This document shows positions 1 to 5,341 of a DNA stretch of 38,747 bases, in pieces. The DNA lies in IMG/VR virus record IMGVR_UViG_3300012943_000019, positions 1-38,747 of that record, one strand, 5' to 3'. Numbering within the stretch: position 1 is the first letter of the stretch; the number at the start of each line of letters is the position of its first letter. Origin of the DNA: a virus. The notes under the pieces are model-generated. The model searched no databases, was not told the DNA's origin, and was given only the letters and a program-made list of their open reading frames with translations. Both the position numbers and the translations under genes were made by a program.

Positions 1-123
1 ATGAGGACATCGGAATTTTTGCAGTTCATGATACCCTTGTAAGTCAGGTTTTCGGCGGCAAACCGGAACCTCCCATGCAATGGCTGACTGACCCAAATCT
101 GCTTGGGGTCTTTTTGGGTAGCC
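1..123. repeat. Terminal direct repeat, left copy (identical to 38625..38747)
   Basis: Read base by base: ATGAGGACATCGGAATTTTTGCAG...GGTCTTTTTGGGTAGCC is present at both window ends, 123 nt, with no mismatch seen. Confidence 0.95.
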
Positions 124-185
124 AGTACCTTAGAGGTTTCTTCCCCTCTAAGGGTGGTGGTGATCTTGTGTTTGTAAGGGGTCAT
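1..185 (-). CDS. Hypothetical protein, 5' portion; the gene continues across the junction into 38576..38624 (77 aa in total)
   Basis: ATG at 185..183 overlaps the stop of 182..436 as ATGA. The frame is open to base 1 (61 codons + 2 nt). Through the repeat it stays in frame to TGA at 38578..38576. Confidence 0.5.
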   Translation of the reverse strand, partial: MTPYKHKITTTLRGEETSKVLATQKDPKQIWVSQPLHGRFRFAAENLTYKGIMNCKNSDVL

Positions 186-436
186 TCTTTGTCTCCGGTT
201 GAAAGTTTAAGGGCTTCGTGGGCAGCATCAACACCGTCGCAGTATTCGGCATTGTGTTTTGTCCTGTGGTAATAGCGGAGGTTCCCGGCGTTCAATGCCC
301 AGTTTAACGCTTCCCGCGCCTTCCTAGCCGTATCCATCCAGCACCGTATTTCATGTAGGCTAACCGTAACCGTACATTCATCGGCTATGCCTTCATTATG
401 TTTCTCGATTTCTTCCAGCCGCCTCAAGCCTTCCAT
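182..436 (-). CDS. Hypothetical early protein (84 aa)
   Basis: ORF with a purine-rich SD-like GGGGAGATAGG upstream of ATG 436 and ATGA coupling to the next gene. Confidence 0.6.
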   Translation of the reverse strand: MEGLRRLEEIEKHNEGIADECTVTVSLHEIRCWMDTARKAREALNWALNAGNLRYYHRTKHNAEYCDGVDAAHEALKLSTGDKE

Positions 437-480
437 ATTTTCCTATCTCCCCTTACCGGGGCTTGTGCCGCGAGGGCGGG

Positions 481-807
481 TTAAACCTGATTTGCCTTTG
501 CCAACGCGGAAACTGCCTTATCAATACGTGTAGTGCTTATAAAATCGCCCTCGGTAAGGTTAGCGACCAAATCTCGCAACGCCTCATACAGTTCCGGGGC
601 GGCGGCGATAAGGCGGGCGTTGGCTTCCAGCTCTTCGGGCGTGTAGTCGTGTAGGGTTCCGCGAACATAAACCCCAGCGCTGGAAACCGGCATATCTCGA
701 CTTTCCGATTTAACGGAATAGCCAAATGTAGGCGTCCGGGCTCCATAATTCCCGAGCGTGTATGTCCACGGCCCCGGCGAGTGCTTCACTTGTTCGTTTC
801 CCATCAC
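481..807 (-). CDS. Hypothetical protein with GPW...ARLIAAAPEL motif (108 aa)
   Basis: ORF with GTGATG start region overlapping the upstream stop. It carries the motif ANARLIAAAPELYEAL, which is shared with 1400..1657. Confidence 0.65.
   Translation of the reverse strand: MMGNEQVKHSPGPWTYTLGNYGARTPTFGYSVKSESRDMPVSSAGVYVRGTLHDYTPEELEANARLIAAAPELYEALRDLVANLTEGDFISTTRIDKAVSALAKANQV
593..626. repeat. Dispersed repeat copy 1 (34 nt, 1 mismatch versus 1593..1626)
   Basis: TCCGGGGCGGCGGCGATAAGGCGGGCG(t/g)TGGCTT lies exactly 1000 nt from its partner and encodes the shared RLIAAAPE segment on the minus strand. Confidence 0.9.
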
Positions 808-998
808 ACCCTCCCCGGCATCAAGGACGCCTTAGTTGTTCCAAAAACCTTTTCCGCGTTATACAGCATGAGGGCTGCCCGGGAAATGACCTTCCCAGTT
901 ACGGGATGCCGGTAGACCGTGGGGGCCTCGTCCTCGTCTTCCTCAAGGTGTTCATCCAGCTGGCGCATTTCCCACGCCTCACGGTGAGCGGCGGTCAT
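804..998 (-). CDS. Hypothetical protein (64 aa), paralog of 37847..38095
   Basis: Internal ATG at 998 forms ATGA with the stop of 995..1213. N-terminus MTAAHREAWEMRQLDEHLEE versus MTAAQREKWEMRQLDAHLEE in the other copy. Confidence 0.55.
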   Translation of the reverse strand: MTAAHREAWEMRQLDEHLEEDEDEAPTVYRHPVTGKVISRAALMLYNAEKVFGTTKASLMPGRV

Positions 999-1213
999 GC
1001 TGCCTCCAAACCTTCTCCACAAGCCGGGCAATAGCAACAGCCCGTGGCGGTATCGTAGGCCATCCAGCCCTCAGGCGCATTGTCCTTCACTTGCGGGTAT
1101 GAGTAAGACCCGAAGCCATAGCTCTTCCCGGTGAGGCTACGGAATTCGCGCCACGGGAGCACCACGGTTTCCTCGGCGTTGCAGCCGCCGCAGCTATAGA
1201 TGACCTTAATCAT
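995..1213 (-). CDS. Cys-rich small protein (72 aa), zinc-ribbon-like
   Basis: Cys pairs CGGC near the N-terminus and CCYCPAC near the C-terminus. ATGA overlaps on both sides. Confidence 0.55.
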   Translation of the reverse strand: MIKVIYSCGGCNAEETVVLPWREFRSLTGKSYGFGSYSYPQVKDNAPEGWMAYDTATGCCYCPACGEGLEAA

Positions 1214-1398
1214 GCTGCCACCTTTTCGGCGGCGAGGTTCGCCAGGGTGTCATAGTCCGCGAAGTACAGTGCCCACAGGCACGGGGACTCGGCGCGGAAC
1301 TGGCCTTGCTCGACGGCATTCAGCATGCGGGTTCCGGCCATGAACTCAAAAAGAGCGTAGGGCGAAAGCGGCGGGGGGAGAAGGAGCGGGGCGGTCAT
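1210..1398 (-). CDS. Hypothetical protein (62 aa)
   Basis: ATG at 1398 follows the TAA of 1400..1657 (TAACATG). The longer ORF-track version overlaps the upstream gene, so I trimmed it. Confidence 0.45.
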   Translation of the reverse strand: MTAPLLLPPPLSPYALFEFMAGTRMLNAVEQGQFRAESPCLWALYFADYDTLANLAAEKVAA

Positions 1399-1399
1399 G

Positions 1400-1657
1400 T
1401 TAGCGGCCCTCGGCTTTCGAGATTGCGGCGTCCCATGCCGACTGCGCGACGCGTTGTTCCGGGCCATCGAGTAGGCCCAGCAGGTCGTTGACGGCTCTTT
1501 CCGCCGAAATCCCATCCGGCACCAGATAGCGGGTCAGGATTGCTTGAGCCTTGCGGATGATGGCGGTTTGAGCGGAGCCCCCATCTTTCAGCTCCGGGGC
1601 GGCGGCGATAAGGCGGGCGGTGGCTTGTTCGGCGTTATGTTTGATCGTGGTTTCCAT
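1400..1657 (-). CDS. Hypothetical protein with ARLIAAAPEL motif (85 aa); first gene of the leftward operon
   Basis: ORF with GGAAAGG SD-like sequence upstream. Shares the 34-nt repeat with 481..807. Confidence 0.6.
   Translation of the reverse strand: METTIKHNAEQATARLIAAAPELKDGGSAQTAIIRKAQAILTRYLVPDGISAERAVNDLLGLLDGPEQRVAQSAWDAAISKAEGR
1593..1626. repeat. Dispersed repeat copy 2 (partner of 593..626)
   Basis: Same 27-nt identical core TCCGGGGCGGCGGCGATAAGGCGGGCG. Confidence 0.9.
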
Positions 1658-1692
1658 TTTCGACCTTTCCGCCTCGGGTTCATTCCCTTGGC

Positions 1693-1727
1693 TGACTTCC
1701 TAAAGGTAGTCAAACATTTCCAATAAA
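1693..1727 (-). promoter_or_regulatory. Conserved 35-nt hairpin-containing element, copy A, 35 nt upstream of ATG 1657
   Basis: Minus-sense TTTATTGGAAATGTTTGACTACCTTTAGGAAGTCA closely matches the copy at 38304..38338. It contains the inverted repeat TGACTaCC-TTTA-GGaAGTCA. Confidence 0.5.
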
Positions 1728-1858
1728 ACATGAGGAAAGAGAAGAAAGGTGAAAATAATTTTGGGTGGCGATATTGGGGTAAAAACGCGGGGTACGGCGT
1801 AATATGACATTTCCTCATTTTCTTACACACAAACCTTGCGGGTGAGGTTATATTGTAC

Positions 1859-1915
1859 TTGCGGGGCCGTTGGTACGCCAGCGGTTGTGGGAGGGGTAGC
1901 CCCACGAACCCGCAA
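1859..1915 (+). promoter_or_regulatory. Candidate structured leader RNA domain (closing helix plus two hairpins)
   Basis: TTGCGGG (1859..1865) pairs with CCCGCAA (1909..1915). Inside are CGTTGG-TACG-CCAGCG (1868..1883, UNCG-type loop) and GTGGG..CCCAC (1887..1905). TATATT at 1849..1854 would place a transcription start near 1861. Confidence 0.3.
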
Positions 1916-2142
1916 CTTTCTATCCCAAAGACATAGACCACCTATAGCGGTGGTCGCGGGGTTTAGGCGACCTCGATGAAGTGGGCTCTGCACTAGCTAC
2001 CTCCTAGATGCACTCGGCTTGGCACGAAGGACCGTACTCCCTTGTCGTATGGGGAGGATAAAAACCGGGTGGTGGCTAACCCTCTGCTGGTGGATACGAT
2101 GGGAGCGAAGTGATGGCCTTGAAGTGAACTCAGGTTGTGACG

Positions 2143-2206
2143 GAGATACCCCCTATTCGGCAAGAACCTGTTAAAAAGCGGGTGTTTGTCGGGTAGGGGG
2201 AGTCTC
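2143..2206 (+). promoter_or_regulatory. Long imperfect stem-loop in the leader of the rightward operon
   Basis: GAGATACCCCCTA (2143..2155) pairs with TAGGGGGAGTCTC (2194..2206): 12 pairs and 1 mismatch. An inner helix joins 2158..2163 and 2186..2191. Confidence 0.35.
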
Positions 2207-2243
2207 GTTCAAACCTCTCTTGAATCTAGGTTGTGAGGGGAAA

Positions 2244-2423
2244 ATGAAAAAAGACTCTCAATGGGAACAGTTCCTCCCGCCCGCCAAAGAGGCCCAGAAA
2301 ATCAATCGCATAACCACCTATGAAATCCTAATGGCAAGGATCGAGCGGGATAGAATTCAACTCCTGAAAGAGATTGAATATATCACCCACCCCCTTATGC
2401 CTAAAATAGAAGGGTTGGTATAA
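2244..2423 (+). CDS. Hypothetical small protein (59 aa)
   Basis: ATG preceded by GAGGGG SD. I trimmed the ORF-track version, which used a TTG start at 2220. Confidence 0.45.
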   Translation: MKKDSQWEQFLPPAKEAQKINRITTYEILMARIERDRIQLLKEIEYITHPLMPKIEGLV

Positions 2424-2424
2424 A

Positions 2425-2598
2425 ATGGCTCGTCCTCGCAAACACTTCTTCTTCAAAGATTCTGACGTTTACAGAATCGGCCCTGAAATTCCTCTTGCGG
2501 TTGGCCAGAAAGTAACCGTAGTAGGAATGGGCGAACAAGAGTACGTCATTGAAAAGTTGAATCCTCGTTTGGGCGGCGTGACTGCGAGGCGGGTATGA
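2425..2598 (+). CDS. Hypothetical small protein (57 aa, MARPRKHFFFKDSD...)
   Basis: Not in the ORF track because it is under 60 aa. ATG lies 1 nt after the previous TAA, and its stop overlaps the next ATG as ATGA. Confidence 0.4.
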   Translation: MARPRKHFFFKDSDVYRIGPEIPLAVGQKVTVVGMGEQEYVIEKLNPRLGGVTARRV

Positions 2599-2765
2599 AC
2601 AACCCGAGTTGCGCGACCTGCGGATGTCGGTTAGCCGACCATAGTCGTAGCTTCTACCCACGGGAGCATGGCCTTTGTCCTATTGGGGCTGGATTTCATC
2701 CGGCTAACAAGTTTTCCGCGAGGCCGCAAAAAGACCACCTTGGTAGGCCGGATGGCCCGACATGA
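2595..2765 (+). CDS. Cys/His-rich small protein (56 aa, MNNPSCATCGCRLADHS...)
   Basis: ATGA coupling to the previous ORF. Contains a CxxCxC...H...H..C pattern. Confidence 0.4.
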   Translation: MNNPSCATCGCRLADHSRSFYPREHGLCPIGAGFHPANKFSARPQKDHLGRPDGPT

Positions 2766-2916
2766 CCCCCGGTAGATCCTTCCGTAAGCCCCTAGAGGCT
2801 TTCAAACGTGAACCCACGGTAACCCTATCCTGGCATCGTTGCGCCCACCCCAAGGGCTTAATTGCCTGCCTCTCTGGTGGTACTGGGATTGGCTGCGATA
2901 AAGGGGAGGTAACGCG

Positions 2917-3123
2917 ATGAACACTGTAAAAGTCGTGCATTACCGCTATCAGTTCAGGATTTTTCGGGCCAAACCTTCTTTCTGGGTAAGGCTCAAAGCG
3001 GCCCTTGTCTCGGCTGCCATCATTGTTGTAGTGTTGGCCGCTGGCATCGCCTCCGCTTTCATTAGCCCGGCATTACCCCCGTTGGTGGGGGCTTTGGGCG
3101 TTTTAGTGTGGATGGGGAGGTAG
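2917..3123 (+). CDS. Small membrane protein (68 aa), holin-like topology
   Basis: Strong SD AAAGGGGAGG. Two hydrophobic stretches (AALVSAAIIVVVLAAGIASAFI and LPPLVGALGVLVWM). Sits just upstream of the terminase genes, where P22 has its lysis genes. Confidence 0.55.
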   Translation: MNTVKVVHYRYQFRIFRAKPSFWVRLKAALVSAAIIVVVLAAGIASAFISPALPPLVGALGVLVWMGR

Positions 3124-3127
3124 CCCG

Positions 3128-3511
3128 ATGAGAGATTTTGCCGAATTCGGCCCCGGCACCCAAGTGCAGCGAGAATACGCGCGTGGCTTATTCCTCCGCG
3201 ACTATCTCTATTTTCGTAAAGACCGGGCTTTTCGCAAAGCAAACGACCACAAGACAGCCGCCGAAATGTGGCCTCTTTCTGTTGGTTATTCTCCCTTTAG
3301 CGGTATGACCCCGCTGGCTAGGCCGGTAAAGACGCATACCCCCAAAGATACCCCGATCTTCCCTTGTATTGTCACCAATGTAGGGTACGGCGCTGCCTCC
3401 ATGCACCCAGTAACCGCACAAGAGATTTTTGAGCGCCTAGACCCTACCCCCCATGTTGGGGGCGTTTCTGTCTTTGTTGATGAACGACCCTCCAATGTGA
3501 GGGAGGCATAA
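3128..3511 (+). CDS. Hypothetical protein (127 aa)
   Basis: SD GGGGAGG upstream. Abuts the small terminase start. Confidence 0.55.
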   Translation: MRDFAEFGPGTQVQREYARGLFLRDYLYFRKDRAFRKANDHKTAAEMWPLSVGYSPFSGMTPLARPVKTHTPKDTPIFPCIVTNVGYGAASMHPVTAQEIFERLDPTPHVGGVSVFVDERPSNVREA

Positions 3512-3967
3512 ATGGGAGCCCCTAAAGGACATCCACCATACCCGGGCGGCGGAAAGCCCCGGAAATGGCCTACCGAGAAAAGTCTGTCGGATGCCGTAGA
3601 AGCCTATTTCCTTGAGATAGAGCAGGCGGTGGAACTCTACCCCGACAAGAAGCCCGCGCCGCCGGGCCTTTTCGCTCTATGTGTCCACGCTGGAATGGGT
3701 TACGACTGCTTTCTTGACTATGAAAACGGCTCGATGGACACGGAATCAGAAAAGTATAGCGAAATACTCAAAAACGCACGCCTCAGAATTGCTGCCTATG
3801 CCGAGCAGCAGATTTACGAGAGAACAGCCGGAGCCACGTTCCAGCTTGTCAACCTAACCCGTAAGATGCGGGAACCGTACAAAAACGCCCAACATCAAGA
3901 GATTACGGGTAAGGACGAGGGGCCAATCAAGTTTGAAGTCACCCCCATTCAGGCGTCGATCCTCTAA
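3512..3967 (+). CDS. terS: Terminase small subunit (P22 gp3-like DNA-packaging protein)
   Basis: Directly upstream of the large terminase. The pattern ...AVEAYF...KPAPPGLFALCVHAGMGYDCFLDYENG...LKNARLRI...FQLVN resembles the gp3 family layout. Confidence 0.7.
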   Translation: MGAPKGHPPYPGGGKPRKWPTEKSLSDAVEAYFLEIEQAVELYPDKKPAPPGLFALCVHAGMGYDCFLDYENGSMDTESEKYSEILKNARLRIAAYAEQQIYERTAGATFQLVNLTRKMREPYKNAQHQEITGKDEGPIKFEVTPIQASIL

Positions 3968-5341
3968 ATGGCCTTTAAGCCCACCCCCAAGCAAGACGAA
4001 GCAACGGCCCTAATCGCTGGGCCTGCCCGTCATATCCTGCTTGAGGGCGGCAGTAGAAGTGCAAAAACTTTTGAAATGTGCTGGGCTATCGCTACCCGGG
4101 CTATGATGGCCCCTGGCTCCCGTCATTGCATCCTTCGCTACCGCTTCAATCACGTCATCACCTCCATTTGGTACGACACCTTCCCAAAGATGATGAAGAT
4201 TTGCTACCCGGGGGTTAAGTACGAAGAAAACAAGTCCAACTGGTTTATCTCTCTACCCGGTGGGTCTGAGATATGGTTCGGTGGCCTAGACGATAAGGAG
4301 CGTACCGATAAGATCCTTGGTAACGAATACGCCACGATGGGTTTTAACGAGTGCTCCCAGATGAATTTCAACGCTGTCGAGACGGCCCTTAGCCGCTTGG
4401 CCCAGCGTGTCGATTACAAGGACGCCCGCACGGGTGAGACTAAGACCCTGCGCCTTAAGGCCATTTACGATCAGAACCCGGGCAATAAAGGTCACTTCAC
4501 CTATCAGATTTGGCACAAGGGTCTAATGCCTGAGGGGGCGGATAAAGGCAAGCCCTTGCGCAATCCTGAGAACTACGCCAAACTCTTAATGAACCCGGTG
4601 GACAATCAGGAAAACATTGCCCCCGAGTACCTAGAGGAAATGGAAGGCAAGAGTGAGCGCCAGAAGCGGCGTTTTCTGCGTGGTGAGTATGCCGACGACA
4701 ACCCGAACGCCTTGTTTGCTGAGGCCACGGTAGATCGCAACCGGGTGTTAGACGGTAAACTCCCCGAGATGGTGCGTATCGTGGTTGCGTGCGATCCTTC
4801 CGGCTCTGGCGACACCGACAACGCGGACAACGACGCTATCGGCATTGGGGCTATGGGGCTAGGGACGGACGGCAAGGGCTACGTCCTTCAAGACAACACG
4901 GTCAAGGCTGGCCCGGCTACATGGGGGCGGGTGGTGGTCACGACCTACGACAGCCTTAGGGCAAACGTGGTTGTTGGTGAGAAGAACTTCGGCGGGGCTA
5001 TGGTCGAGTTTACTATCCAGACCGCCGCTAAAGAGCAGGGGCTTAGGCCCGTCCCCTTCAAGTACACGGTTTCCAGCCGGGGCAAGATGCTCCGGGCTGA
5101 GCCTATCGCTGCCCTCTACGAGCAGAACAAGATTTGCCACGTGGGCTACTTCCCTGAGCTTGAGGATGAGATGTATGCCATGAGCACCAACGGCTATACC
5201 GGCAATGGCAGCCCTAACCGCCTTGACTGGATGGTATTCGCCGCTAATGAATTGTTCCCGGGGATTGTTAAAGACGACACGCCGAAAGACTTTAAGAACG
5301 CCTCTAACGGATACTCTAGAAGAATGGGATTTGCACGATGA
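3968..5341 (+). CDS. terL: Terminase large subunit
   Basis: 457 aa with an N-terminal P-loop-like GGSRSAKT and an acidic nuclease half (VACDPSGSGD...). Position lies between the small terminase and the portal. Confidence 0.85.
   Translation: MAFKPTPKQDEATALIAGPARHILLEGGSRSAKTFEMCWAIATRAMMAPGSRHCILRYRFNHVITSIWYDTFPKMMKICYPGVKYEENKSNWFISLPGGSEIWFGGLDDKERTDKILGNEYATMGFNECSQMNFNAVETALSRLAQRVDYKDARTGETKTLRLKAIYDQNPGNKGHFTYQIWHKGLMPEGADKGKPLRNPENYAKLLMNPVDNQENIAPEYLEEMEGKSERQKRRFLRGEYADDNPNALFAEATVDRNRVLDGKLPEMVRIVVACDPSGSGDTDNADNDAIGIGAMGLGTDGKGYVLQDNTVKAGPATWGRVVVTTYDSLRANVVVGEKNFGGAMVEFTIQTAAKEQGLRPVPFKYTVSSRGKMLRAEPIAALYEQNKICHVGYFPELEDEMYAMSTNGYTGNGSPNRLDWMVFAANELFPGIVKDDTPKDFKNASNGYSRRMGFAR

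Larger units (their letters stand above)
1658..2243. other. Divergent intergenic control hub with no credible ORF
   Basis: This is the largest non-coding stretch in an otherwise tightly packed genome and lies between the first leftward and first rightward genes. It is A+T-rich at 1700..1860, followed by many stable hairpins. Confidence 0.7.

Noticed and set aside
1823-1854. Canonical sigma70 promoter for the rightward arm
   Set aside because: TATATT at 1849..1854 is a good -10. The nearest -35-like hexamers are TTACAC (20-nt spacer) and CTTGCG (8-nt spacer), and there is no TG extension. I kept it only as a low-confidence anchor for the leader-RNA hypothesis.
1588-1941. 117-aa minus ORF, plus small + ORFs at 1544..1726 and 1306..1491, in or near the control hub
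   Set aside because: They lack SD sites, overlap better-supported genes or the conserved regulatory element, and have odd, low-complexity composition. They are most likely spurious.
2685-2705. GGGGCTGGATTTCATCCGG resembles the 5' end of tmRNA (GGGGCUGAUUCUGGAUUCGAC)
   Set aside because: No tag reading frame, no T-arm and no 3' CCA-type acceptor partner could be found downstream. The segment also lies inside a start/stop-coupled small ORF (2595..2765).
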